DNA of 39,616 nt from Campylobacterota bacterium (lineage in GTDB: Bacteria > Campylobacterota > Campylobacteria > Campylobacterales > Sulfurimonadaceae), in NCBI GenBank assembly GCA_034717975.1, contig JAYEMF010000106.1:35908-75523 (forward strand), read 5' to 3'. The translations under genes and the position numbers were made by a program. The notes below the pieces were generated by a model. It was not told the DNA's origin, did not search any database, and was given only the letters and a program-made list of their open reading frames with translations. This document shows positions 17,057 through 26,153 of the stretch, piece by piece (within the stretch, counting starts at the first letter, position 1; every line of letters starts with the position of its first letter).

Positions 17057-19317
17057 AGCATCTAAAGATCACCTTGACCGGCATTGTCCAAGGTGTCGGA
17101 TTTCGCCCTTTTGTTTATAAACTGGCTCAGCGGCATCACTTGAAAGGGTATGTATTAAACAACGGCAAAGGGGTGAGTGTAGAGCTTGAAGGAAAAGCGG
17201 AATCACTTGATCTGTTTATGAGATCCATGTATGAAGAGCTCCCGCCACTTGCACGGATAGACAGTGTGATTACAGATGATGCTCTGCCTGCTGTCGGTTA
17301 TAGAACATTTGATATTCTCCACTCCCGGGAAAACAGCCAAAAAAGTGCGTTGGTATCGCCGGATATATCGCTGTGTGATGCGTGTCTGGCAGAGATGCAG
17401 GATCCGCACAACAGACGCTACCGCTACCCTTTCATCAACTGTACGAACTGTGGTCCGCGCTACAGCATCATAAAATCTATTCCTTATGACCGATCACGTA
17501 CTTCAATGGATGTTTTTACTATGTGCCCCGAGTGTAAAGCAGAGTATGAGGACCCCGGTGACCGCCGTTACCATGCCGAGCCTATAAGCTGTGATGCGTG
17601 CGGACCGGAACTGCTCTGTCTGGACAGAGAGAGGAGGATCAAAGGAGAGGGAGGTGATGCCGTTGGTCTGACTGCCGAAGCTGTCAAAGCGGGGCAGATC
17701 GTCGCCATCAAAGGGGTTGGCGGTTTTCATCTGGTCTGTGATGCGACCAATGAAGCGGCAGTCACCCTGCTGCGGGAACGGAAAAAACGCCTTACCAAAC
17801 CTTTTGCGGTGATGTTCCCCTCGCTTAAGGCGCTTAAAAGCAGTGCAGATATTACTCCCGAAGAGGAGGAGCTGATCATCTCCAAAGAGCGGCCCATTGT
17901 TGTTGTCAGGAAAAAGATGGAGAGCATTGTAGCTGATGGTGTCGCTCCGGCCATTGATCGTCTAGGTGTTTTTTTACCCTATACGCCGCTGCACCATCTG
18001 CTGCTTGATCAGATAAAAGAGCCGATCGTCGCTACCAGCGCCAACCTCAGTGATGAACCGATCATCCGTGACAGCGATGAGCTGTTTAACAAGCTTGGCG
18101 GAGTCGTTGATCTGCTTCTCGATTACAACAGAGAGATCGTCAATGCCAATGATGACAGCGTGACGCAGATCGCTGAAGGAGAGTTGATAACGCTTAGAAT
18201 GGCCAGAGGCTTTGCCCCTAAAAGCATAAAGCTCCCCTTTAAGATCACTGAAAAGATCCTTGCGGTCGGCGCCCATCAGAAAAACAGCATTGCCCTGGCC
18301 TTTGATGAGACAGTGATCTTGAGTCCGCATATCGGTGACCTGAACTCCATTGAAGCGTTTGAATATTTTGAGCGCACCATGGAGACCTTCAAACGCTTTT
18401 ACGATTTTGAGCCCGATATGATCGTTTGTGACAAACACCCTGACTACGAGACTACGAAGTGGGCGATAGAGCAGGGGAAGAGGCAAGAGGAAAGGGGAAA
18501 GAGGGTTGAAGTGATTCAGGTTCAGCACCATTATGCGCATCTGCTGGCCTGTATGGCCGAACATGATCTTAAGAAAAAAGTTTTGGGGTTTGCCTTTGAT
18601 GGAACGGGTTATGGTGAGGGTGGAACTATCTGGGGCGGGGAAGTGATGATTGCCGATGAAAAGAAGTATGAACGGGTAGCGAGCATCAAACCGTTTAAAT
18701 TGCCTGGCGGTGAGAGAGCGGTGAAGGAGCCGCGACGTGTGGCTCTCTCTCTGCTCTTTGAGATCTATACACTTGATGAGATAAGAGTGCTTGATCTTCC
18801 GACACTTCGACAGTTTACAGAGCAGGAGATAAGAGCCCTTCATCTGGCATGGGAAAAGGGAGTGAACGCTCCGCTTACAAGTTCGATGGGCAGGCTGTTT
18901 GATGCGGTGGCAAGTCTGGCTGATATCGTGCATCACTTGAATTTTGAAGGGGAGAGTGGATTGATGATGGAGTCTTTTGTGGATGAGAGCATCGAGGAGA
19001 GTTTCCCGTTTACAATCCATGAAGGTGAGATCGATACAGCTCCGATGATCAGAGCGATGGTAGCGCTTGAGGACAAAGTAGTGATTGTATCGATGTTCTT
19101 CAATACGCTTATCGAGGTCATCGCTGAGATCGCGAAGAGGTATCCTGAACTGCCGCTGCTCTTTTCCGGCGGTGTTTTTCAAAACAGGGTATTGGTTGAA
19201 AAAGTGCAGAAACAGTGCCGACGAAATGGTCGAGTGCTCTATTTCCAACATGATACCCCGATCAATGATGGTGGTATTGCGCTCGGTCAGGTGTGGTACG
19301 GAATTAATCAGCTCTGA
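17053..19317 (+). CDS. hypF: Carbamoyltransferase HypF
   Basis: GIVQGVGFRPFV acylphosphatase domain, zinc fingers (CDAC...NCTNCGPRY, CPEC), QHHYAH, DGTGYG, NDGGIALGQ. Confidence 0.97.
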   Translation: MKHLKITLTGIVQGVGFRPFVYKLAQRHHLKGYVLNNGKGVSVELEGKAESLDLFMRSMYEELPPLARIDSVITDDALPAVGYRTFDILHSRENSQKSALVSPDISLCDACLAEMQDPHNRRYRYPFINCTNCGPRYSIIKSIPYDRSRTSMDVFTMCPECKAEYEDPGDRRYHAEPISCDACGPELLCLDRERRIKGEGGDAVGLTAEAVKAGQIVAIKGVGGFHLVCDATNEAAVTLLRERKKRLTKPFAVMFPSLKALKSSADITPEEEELIISKERPIVVVRKKMESIVADGVAPAIDRLGVFLPYTPLHHLLLDQIKEPIVATSANLSDEPIIRDSDELFNKLGGVVDLLLDYNREIVNANDDSVTQIAEGELITLRMARGFAPKSIKLPFKITEKILAVGAHQKNSIALAFDETVILSPHIGDLNSIEAFEYFERTMETFKRFYDFEPDMIVCDKHPDYETTKWAIEQGKRQEERGKRVEVIQVQHHYAHLLACMAEHDLKKKVLGFAFDGTGYGEGGTIWGGEVMIADEKKYERVASIKPFKLPGGERAVKEPRRVALSLLFEIYTLDEIRVLDLPTLRQFTEQEIRALHLAWEKGVNAPLTSSMGRLFDAVASLADIVHHLNFEGESGLMMESFVDESIEESFPFTIHEGEIDTAPMIRAMVALEDKVVIVSMFFNTLIEVIAEIAKRYPELPLLFSGGVFQNRVLVEKVQKQCRRNGRVLYFQHDTPINDGGIALGQVWYGINQL
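18468..18505 (+). repeat. Purine-rich heptamer tandem repeat (RGGVAAG x4) inside hypF
   Basis: GGGGAAG AGGCAAG AGGAAAG GGGAAAG; 18468-18489 matches 39595-39616 at 21 of 22 nt. Confidence 0.55.
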
Positions 19318-19346
19318 TTTGATATCATAATACCAAAGGAGTCAAC

Positions 19347-19523
19347 ATGTTAAGAGTATTTGTTTTAGTTTTTTTCTTTTTAGGATCTTTTTTGCATGCC
19401 CATGAGAGCGGTACAGGGCATATGCATTTTCTAAGTACCTTGCATACACAGGATGTTTTAGCTGTTGTCGTTGTTTCACTGATAGCCTTGATTGTCTATA
19501 AGAAATATATGGTGAGCCGATAG
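19347..19523 (+). CDS. Small (58 aa) His-rich membrane protein, signal peptide plus one TM helix; candidate nickel-handling peptide
   Basis: AAGGAG RBS, ATG 19347, MLRVFVLVFFFLGSFLHAHESGTGHMHFLSTLHTQDVLAVVVVSLIALIVYKKYMVSR; the TAG stop directly abuts the hypB ATG. Absent from the supplied ORF track. Confidence 0.75.
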   Translation: MLRVFVLVFFFLGSFLHAHESGTGHMHFLSTLHTQDVLAVVVVSLIALIVYKKYMVSR

Positions 19524-20330
19524 ATGTGCCAGGATTGTGGTTGCAGTATAACGGAACACACGCATCCAGTGCAAACCAGTGGCACTGAACACACGCATCC
19601 AGTGCAAACCCGTGGCACTGAACACACGCACTCGCATACCCATCAGGCAGCACTGCATGATAATCCGCAACTCAACGATAAAAAGACCATAGAGGTCATC
19701 TCGAAGATTTTAGATAAAAATGATCATGAAGCCTCGCATAACCGGGCGCATTTTGACAAGCACAGTGTCCTTGCGATCAATCTGATGAGTGCGCCGGGCA
19801 GCGGCAAGACGACACTGCTGGAACGTATTGCCGACCTCTCCGATCTTAAATTCGGTGTGATCGAAGGCGATCTTGAGACCAGCCGTGATGCCGATCGTAT
19901 CAGGGCCAAAGGAATTCCGGCCTATCAGATCCAGACGGGGAGCGCCTGTCACCTGGATGCTTTTATGGTACACAAGGGACTGCACGATATGCCTCTTGAA
20001 GCTATGGATCTCTGTTTTATTGAAAATGTCGGTAACCTGGTCTGTCCGGCAAGCTATGACGTCGGATCGCACCTCAATATTGTACTGGTCTCCATTCCGG
20101 AAGGGGGCGACAAGATCGAAAAATACCCTGTGATGTTCAGACAGGCTGATCTCATACTGATCACCAAGACCGATCTTTTGCCTTATTTTGATTACGATAT
20201 TGAACATGAAAAAGCTGAAGCCCGCAAGATCAAACCGAATGTCGATATTCTGGAAGTGAACATCAAGGATGAGGCAAGTATTGGCCGGGTCATCGAATGG
20301 ATCGCATTCAAACAGAAGATGCGAAGTTAA
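19524..20330 (+). CDS. hypB: Hydrogenase nickel-insertion GTPase HypB
   Basis: N-terminal MCQDCGC, His-rich linker, SAPGSGKTT, ACHLDA, ENVGNLVCP, TKTD. Confidence 0.97.
   Translation: MCQDCGCSITEHTHPVQTSGTEHTHPVQTRGTEHTHSHTHQAALHDNPQLNDKKTIEVISKILDKNDHEASHNRAHFDKHSVLAINLMSAPGSGKTTLLERIADLSDLKFGVIEGDLETSRDADRIRAKGIPAYQIQTGSACHLDAFMVHKGLHDMPLEAMDLCFIENVGNLVCPASYDVGSHLNIVLVSIPEGGDKIEKYPVMFRQADLILITKTDLLPYFDYDIEHEKAEARKIKPNVDILEVNIKDEASIGRVIEWIAFKQKMRS
19554..19630 (+). repeat. 33-bp tandem repeat (about 2.3 copies) in the hypB His-rich linker
   Basis: GAACACACGCATCCAGTGCAAACC(A/C)GTGGCACT at 19554 and 19587, with a partial copy at 19620; encodes EHTHPVQT(S/R)GT. Confidence 0.9.
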
Positions 20331-20331
20331 T

Positions 20332-20625
20332 ATGTGCCTCTCCATCCCCTCCAAAGTGGTAAAGATCGATAAAGAGAAGAACACGGCCATTGTCGATACT
20401 ATGGGGGTTCAGCGTGAAGCAGGGTTGGACCTGATGGAAGAAGATGGTGTGGCGGTTGGCGATTATGTTCTGCTGCACATCGGTTTTGTGATGAACAGGA
20501 TCGATGAAGCGGATGCTCTGGAGTCATTGAAGATATATAACGAAATCCTTGAAAAGATGGAAGATCAGGAGCGTGAAAGCGTTATTCTTGAGAGTGACAA
20601 CTGTGAAAACAGAGATGCTCCTTGA
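20332..20625 (+). CDS. hypC: Hydrogenase chaperone HypC
   Basis: MCLSIPSKV N-terminus; VGDYVLLHIGF. Confidence 0.95.
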   Translation: MCLSIPSKVVKIDKEKNTAIVDTMGVQREAGLDLMEEDGVAVGDYVLLHIGFVMNRIDEADALESLKIYNEILEKMEDQERESVILESDNCENRDAP

Positions 20626-21743
20626 GTGAACTGAAACTTAAAGAGCTTTATGACGGGTTTCGTGATCCGGACACTATCCGCATTCTGGCAAAACAGATCA
20701 GGGAAGAAGCCAAGGAGCTGAAAGAGCCGCTGAAGATTATGGAAGTGTGTGGCGGTCATACCCACACTATCATGAAGTACGGACTTCCACAGCTGCTGCC
20801 GGAGAACATCGATTTCATACATGGTCCGGGCTGTCCGGTCTGCATTATGCCAAAAGAGCGTATCGATCATGCCATTGCTCTGGCCAAGATGGATGATACG
20901 ATTCTATTGACGCTCGGCGATATGATCCGTGTGCCGGGCTCAAAAACCTCTCTGGCTGCCGAACGCGCTGCCGGTCGTGATATCAGGCCCCTCTATACCC
21001 CCGCTGATGCCCTGAAGATCGCGAAGGGGAACCCCGATAAAAAGGTGATCTATTTTGCGATCGGTTTTGAGACGACGACGCCGATGACGGCGGCGGTGAT
21101 CAAACAGAGCATCGACCAAAATATAAGCAACCTCTTCTTTCATATCAACCATGTGCTTGTACCACCCGCAGTCGATGCGATCATGGCCGATGGCAAAGCC
21201 AAGATCAATGCCTTCATAGGACCGTCGCATGTCAGTGTCATCACCGGAGCGAAGATCTATACGCCGCTCCCCTTGACTTATAGCACGCCGGTAGTGGTGG
21301 CCGGATTTGAACCGGTCGATGTACTGCAGGGTATTTTGATGATAGTGCGTCAGAAAGTACAGAACAGGGCAGAGCTCGAGATCGAATACACCCGTTCTGT
21401 TACGATGGAAGGCAATCTCAAAGCACAGGAGATGATTGACACTTATCTGCAGCCCCGGGCACATTTTCGCTGGCGTGGCATAGGTGATATCCCGAACAGT
21501 GCACTGGAACTCAAGCCGAAGTTCGCCCATCTCGATGCAGAGAAACTTTTTGCCGAGGTGCTGCCGACTGACCCGATCGATGATCATAAACTCTGTATCT
21601 GCGGGAGCATCCTAAAAGGGCTGGCCAAGCCGATGGATTGTAAAGTGTTTGGAAAGGCCTGCACACCAAACAACCCTATGGGAAGCTGTATGGTGAGTTC
21701 TGAAGGGGCGTGTAATGCCTATTATCGTTATGCAGAGATTTGA
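20622..21743 (+). CDS. hypD: Hydrogenase maturation protein HypD
   Basis: MEVCGGHTH, GPGCPVC, GFETT, PSHVS, CMVSSEGAC. Confidence 0.97.
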   Translation: MSELKLKELYDGFRDPDTIRILAKQIREEAKELKEPLKIMEVCGGHTHTIMKYGLPQLLPENIDFIHGPGCPVCIMPKERIDHAIALAKMDDTILLTLGDMIRVPGSKTSLAAERAAGRDIRPLYTPADALKIAKGNPDKKVIYFAIGFETTTPMTAAVIKQSIDQNISNLFFHINHVLVPPAVDAIMADGKAKINAFIGPSHVSVITGAKIYTPLPLTYSTPVVVAGFEPVDVLQGILMIVRQKVQNRAELEIEYTRSVTMEGNLKAQEMIDTYLQPRAHFRWRGIGDIPNSALELKPKFAHLDAEKLFAEVLPTDPIDDHKLCICGSILKGLAKPMDCKVFGKACTPNNPMGSCMVSSEGACNAYYRYAEI

Positions 21744-21833
21744 CGTCTCTGCCCTGTAAGGGCAAGCTTTAGTGCCACAGCGGCTAGCGTAAGCAAACGG
21801 GCTTTGCTCGTTTGGTGTTCAATTAAAGATAGC

Positions 21834-21890
21834 ATGGTCAGCTCGGAAGGGGGGGCTTGCAATGCGTACTTTAGATATGGAAAGAGTTGA
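21834..21890 (+). pseudogene. Diverged duplicate of the hypD 3' end
   Basis: Translates as MVSSEGGACNAYFRYGKS* versus the hypD terminus MVSSEGACNAYYRYAEI* (21690-21743); mostly synonymous differences. Confidence 0.85.
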
Positions 21891-22009
21891 AGAAATTACA
21901 AAAAAGTGCAATATTGATTTGAGTAAGTCATAGTTTATGTTATTGTTATCACTAAATGAAAAGATATGAATGCTTATAAAAATACTTCAAAGTGAAAGTA
22001 AGATGAATT

Positions 22010-22339
22010 ATGAATGATTTGATAGTTCAAGCCAATATTGAAAATAGAATATTTACTATTCGTGGCAGTCATGTAATGGTTGATAGAGATTTGGCAGAGC
22101 TTTATGGTGTAGAGACTAAAGTTCTAAATCAAGCTGTCAAAAGAAATATGCAACGATTTCCCAAAGAGTTTAAATTCCAACTTTTAGAGAGTGAAAAAAA
22201 TGAACTGGTCACAAATTGTGACCGGTTCAAAACTCTAAAGTATTCAGTGTCACTCCCTTATGTTTTTACAGAACAAGGGGTGTCTATGTTGTCAGCTGTA
22301 TTAAAAAGTGACACTGCTAATCATTGCAAAGGCAAATAA
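22010..22339 (+). pseudogene. ORF6N-domain DNA-binding protein, probably C-terminally truncated
   Basis: IFTIRGSHVMVDRDLAELYGVETKVLNQAVKRN...RFP...PYVFTEQGVSMLSAVLKSDTA, then ends abruptly at the R-M gene start. Confidence 0.7.
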
Positions 22340-25048
22340 ATGGCTCTGAGCTGGAATGAAATTAAAAATAGGGCGATCAGCTTTTCCAAAGAGTGGGAAA
22401 ACGAGTCAAAAGAGCATGCCGAATCACAAAGCTTTTGGAATGATTTCTTTAATATCTTTGGCATAAGCAGAAGAAGAGTCGCCTCCTTTGAAGAACCTGT
22501 AAAAAAACTGGGAGACAAACGGGGGCGTATAGACCTTTTTTGGAAAGGGACACTTTTGGTAGAGCACAAATCCAAAGGTAAAGACCTCGACAAAGCCTAC
22601 GCGCAAGCCCTGGATTATTTCCCCGGGCTTAAAGATGCCGAACTCCCAAAATACATTTTAGTATCTGATTTTGACATGTTCAGACTTTATGATCTGGAAG
22701 AAGATACAACACATGAATTTCATATCAATAAACTCTATAAAAATGTCCATCTTTTTGGCTTTATAGCCGGATATACAAAGCATAAAATAGTCGCAGAAGA
22801 CCCCGTGAATATTCAGGCGGCAGAACTTTTGGGAAAACTGCATGATGAACTGAAAGAGACAGGTTATGACGGTCATGCACTTGAACACTTTCTGGTAAGA
22901 GTGCTATTTTTACTTTTTGCAGAAGATACATCCATTTTTGAAACCATGGTGTTTGCCGAGTTTATAGAAAACAGAACCGCAGAAGATGGAAGTGATGTAG
23001 GTGCAAGACTGGCAGAACTTTTTCAAGTCCTGAATACACCCGAAGATAAGAGGTTGAAAAACAGAGATGAAAGCTTAAGTCTTTTCCCTTATGTGAATGG
23101 AAAGCTCTTTAAAGAATTTTTGCCCATTGTCGCTTTTGACAGCAAAATGAGAGAGATTTTGCTTGAGTGTTGCTATCTTGACTGGGGTAAGATAAGTCCG
23201 GCGATCTTTGGCTCACTGTTCCAGTCGATCATGGATGCAGAGCATAGAAGAAACCTTGGTGCCCACTACACCAGCGAAACCAATATTTTAAAACTTATCA
23301 GGCCTCTATTTTTAGATGAACTTTATGGGCGGTTTGAAAAGGTTAAAAAGAGTAAAAAGAGACTTCAGGAGTTTCATAAAGAACTCTCGGCACTAAACTT
23401 TTTTGATCCGGCATGCGGATGCGGAAACTTCCTAATTATTGCATACAGAGAGCTAAGAGTACTGGAACTTGAAATCTTGAAAATACTGCACAAAGAGAGT
23501 GTTTTAGATATCGAATCAATCGTCTGGTGTGATGTCGATCAGTTTCACGGTATTGAAGTAGAAGAGTTTCCTGCACAGATCGCGCAAGTCGCTATGTGGC
23601 TCATCGATCACCAGATGAATATGATGATCAGTGAGTATTTCGGGCAGTATTTTGTAAGACTTCCGCTTAACAAATCGGCCAATATCGTTCATGAAAACTC
23701 ACTCGCTATAAATTGGGAAGAGCTGGTCAGCAAAGATAAGCTCTCCTATATACTTGGCAATCCGCCGTTTGTCGGAAAACAGCTACAGAACAAAGAGCAA
23801 AAAGAAGATATGAAAAGCATCTTTGGCAAAGTCAAAGGTGCCGGGGTGCTTGACTATGTAACAGCCTGGTATCTGAAGGCGGCACGGCTTATTCAAGACA
23901 CAAATATCAAAGTAGCTTTTGTATCAACAAATTCTATTGCCCAGGGTGAACAGGTAGGAATCCTTTGGAAAGAGCTGTTTGAAAACTACCGTATCAAAAT
24001 ACATTTTGCCCATCAAACATTTTCATGGAGTAATGAGGCAAAAGGTAATGCAGCGGTACATGTGATCATAGTAGGGTTTGCTAACTTTGACAGTGACAAT
24101 AAAAAAATATTTGAATATGAAGATTTAAAAGGTGATGCTCACGAAAAAAATGTAAAAAACATTAACCCATATTTGGTTGAGGGTGATGATATAGTTGTTT
24201 CAAAAAGAAATATACCTTTATTAAATAATCCAATTATGTTACTTGGAAACATGCCAAATGACGGTGGTTTCTTAATGTTGTCTGATGAAGAAAAAATTGA
24301 ATTAATAGATAATGAGCCGCTTTCAGAAAAATACATAAAAAAATTACTTGGTTCATATGAATTTATTAACAATAAAAACAGATGGTGCTTATGGCTTGAA
24401 AATTTAGCTCCAAACGATTTAAAATTAATGCCATTAGTCAAACAAAGAATAGAAAATGTAAAAAATACAAGACTCAAAAGTTCAAGAGATGCAACAAAAA
24501 AACTTGCTGAATATCCTATGCTGTTTGGTGAGATAAGACAACCAAAAACTGATTATATTATCATTCCGCAGGTATCATCTGAAAATAGAAAATACATCCC
24601 TATAGGATATGTTAGTCAAGATATTATTGTAAATAATAGATGTTCATTTTTAGAGTCACCAGATATATATTTATTTGGCATTATGACATCGTCAATGCAT
24701 ATGACTTGGACAAGTTATACATGTGGAAGAATGAAAAGTGATTACAATTACTCAATAGGTGTAGTTTACAATAATTACCCATTCCCAAAAAATGTAAGCG
24801 TTAAAAGCAGAAAAAATGTAGAGCAAAAAGCTCAAACAGTATTAGATGTTAGAGAGAGCTTCCCCGATAGCTCACTTGCCGACCTCTACGACCCACTTGC
24901 CATGCCACCCACCCTGAAAAAAGCCCACCAGGAGTTAGACAAAGCAGTCGATAAATGCTACACCAACAAAGCGTTTAAAAGTGACAAAGAGCGAATCGAG
25001 TTTTTGTTTGGGTTATATGAAAAGTATATAAACGAGACTATAAAATGA
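22340..25048 (+). CDS. MmeI-like type IIL restriction-modification enzyme (fused nuclease, N6-adenine methyltransferase, TRD)
   Basis: N-terminal PD-(D/E)xK-like IDLFWKGTLLVEHKS, GAHYTS, motif I DPACGCGNFL, motif IV GNPPF, C-terminal SLADLYDP...LDKAVD typical of MmeI/YeeA. Confidence 0.88.
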   Translation: MALSWNEIKNRAISFSKEWENESKEHAESQSFWNDFFNIFGISRRRVASFEEPVKKLGDKRGRIDLFWKGTLLVEHKSKGKDLDKAYAQALDYFPGLKDAELPKYILVSDFDMFRLYDLEEDTTHEFHINKLYKNVHLFGFIAGYTKHKIVAEDPVNIQAAELLGKLHDELKETGYDGHALEHFLVRVLFLLFAEDTSIFETMVFAEFIENRTAEDGSDVGARLAELFQVLNTPEDKRLKNRDESLSLFPYVNGKLFKEFLPIVAFDSKMREILLECCYLDWGKISPAIFGSLFQSIMDAEHRRNLGAHYTSETNILKLIRPLFLDELYGRFEKVKKSKKRLQEFHKELSALNFFDPACGCGNFLIIAYRELRVLELEILKILHKESVLDIESIVWCDVDQFHGIEVEEFPAQIAQVAMWLIDHQMNMMISEYFGQYFVRLPLNKSANIVHENSLAINWEELVSKDKLSYILGNPPFVGKQLQNKEQKEDMKSIFGKVKGAGVLDYVTAWYLKAARLIQDTNIKVAFVSTNSIAQGEQVGILWKELFENYRIKIHFAHQTFSWSNEAKGNAAVHVIIVGFANFDSDNKKIFEYEDLKGDAHEKNVKNINPYLVEGDDIVVSKRNIPLLNNPIMLLGNMPNDGGFLMLSDEEKIELIDNEPLSEKYIKKLLGSYEFINNKNRWCLWLENLAPNDLKLMPLVKQRIENVKNTRLKSSRDATKKLAEYPMLFGEIRQPKTDYIIIPQVSSENRKYIPIGYVSQDIIVNNRCSFLESPDIYLFGIMTSSMHMTWTSYTCGRMKSDYNYSIGVVYNNYPFPKNVSVKSRKNVEQKAQTVLDVRESFPDSSLADLYDPLAMPPTLKKAHQELDKAVDKCYTNKAFKSDKERIEFLFGLYEKYINETIK

Positions 25049-25125
25049 GACATGGCAAACTGAAATATAATCAGGGAGTGAGGCTGAAGTCAAATAAAAT
25101 AGTGTTTATTTGCAAAGGCATATAG

Positions 25126-26136
25126 ATGGCAAAGATAAACCAAAATACATCAACACAATTTTTACTCTACACTACAGCTAACCAACAGGTAAAAGTAGAA
25201 GTCCTTATACAAGATGAAACAGTATGGCTTACACAAGCTCAATTATCAGAGCTTTTTGATAAAAGTCGTTCAACTATCAATGAACATATTAAAAATATAT
25301 ATGCAGAAAGTGAACTTCAAGAAGAGAGCTCTATGAAGAAATTCGGAATTTCCGAATTTGCTAAAAAACCTACAAACTATTACAACCTTGATGTGATTAT
25401 CTCTGTAGGTTATAGGGTTAAGTCTCTGCAGGGTACTAGATTTCGCCAATGGGCTACTGCTCATCTAAAAGAGTTCATTGTCAAAGGGTTTACTATGGAT
25501 GATGAGCGACTTAAAAACCCTCATCAGCCTTTTGGCAAAGATTATTTTGAAGAGCAGTTGGCACGCATACGAGATGTACGAAGCAGTGAGAGAAGGCTTT
25601 ATCAGAAGATAACAGATATTTATGCACAGTGCAGTGCAGACTATGATCCTCGTCATCAAACCAGCAAAGATTTTTTTGCAACAGTTCAAAACAAACTTCA
25701 CTGGGCGATTGTCGGTGAAACAGCGGCAGAGATTATATATAACAGAGTTGACAATCAAAAAAATAATATGGGATTGACTGGCTGGAGGAATGCACCAAAA
25801 GGAAGAATTAGAAAAGATGATGTAGTTGTAGCAAAAAACTATTTATCTTTAGATGAGTTGGACTTTTTTAATAGAATTGTTACGATGTATCTTGACTATG
25901 CTGAACTACAGGCAAAAAATAAAAAAGTGATGTACATGAAAGACTGGGTAGCTAAACTTGATGCTTTTTTGTTATTTAATGAAAAAGAAGTTTTAGAACA
26001 TAAGGGTAAAGTATCTAACAGCGTGGCAGTAGCACTTGCAATTGAGGAATACGAAAAATATAGAGTGATACAAGATAAAAATTATCTTTCTGACTTTGAT
26101 AAATTATTGTTGGAAATGGAACAAAAAGATGATTAA
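25126..26136 (+). CDS. RhuM-family (Virulence_RhuM) protein
   Basis: ETVWLTQAQLSELF, YNLDVIISVGYRVKS, FRQWAT, GFTMDDERLK, RIRDVRSSERR, VQNKLHWA, AKNYL. Confidence 0.88.
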   Translation: MAKINQNTSTQFLLYTTANQQVKVEVLIQDETVWLTQAQLSELFDKSRSTINEHIKNIYAESELQEESSMKKFGISEFAKKPTNYYNLDVIISVGYRVKSLQGTRFRQWATAHLKEFIVKGFTMDDERLKNPHQPFGKDYFEEQLARIRDVRSSERRLYQKITDIYAQCSADYDPRHQTSKDFFATVQNKLHWAIVGETAAEIIYNRVDNQKNNMGLTGWRNAPKGRIRKDDVVVAKNYLSLDELDFFNRIVTMYLDYAELQAKNKKVMYMKDWVAKLDAFLLFNEKEVLEHKGKVSNSVAVALAIEEYEKYRVIQDKNYLSDFDKLLLEMEQKDD

Positions 26137-26153
26137 AATTATAAAGGCAGTTC

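Larger units (their letters stand above)
21744..26153. mobile_element. AT-rich accessory/defence islet inserted between hypD and hypE
   Basis: Breaks the normally contiguous hypD-hypE pair; visibly more AT-rich than its flanks; carries ORF6N, R-M and RhuM genes; no integrase or transposase seen. Confidence 0.7.

Noticed and set aside
17974..19251. Long antisense ORFs (also 3790-4671, 8865-9881, 35161-36051)
   Set aside because: Shadows of well-supported genes on the opposite strand, with no motifs or RBS.
19554..19630. CRISPR-like repeat
   Set aside because: Units are directly tandem with no spacers and are in frame within hypB; no cas genes present.
21744..26153. Prophage or integrative element
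   Set aside because: No integrase, transposase, phage structural gene or exact flanking att repeats were visible.
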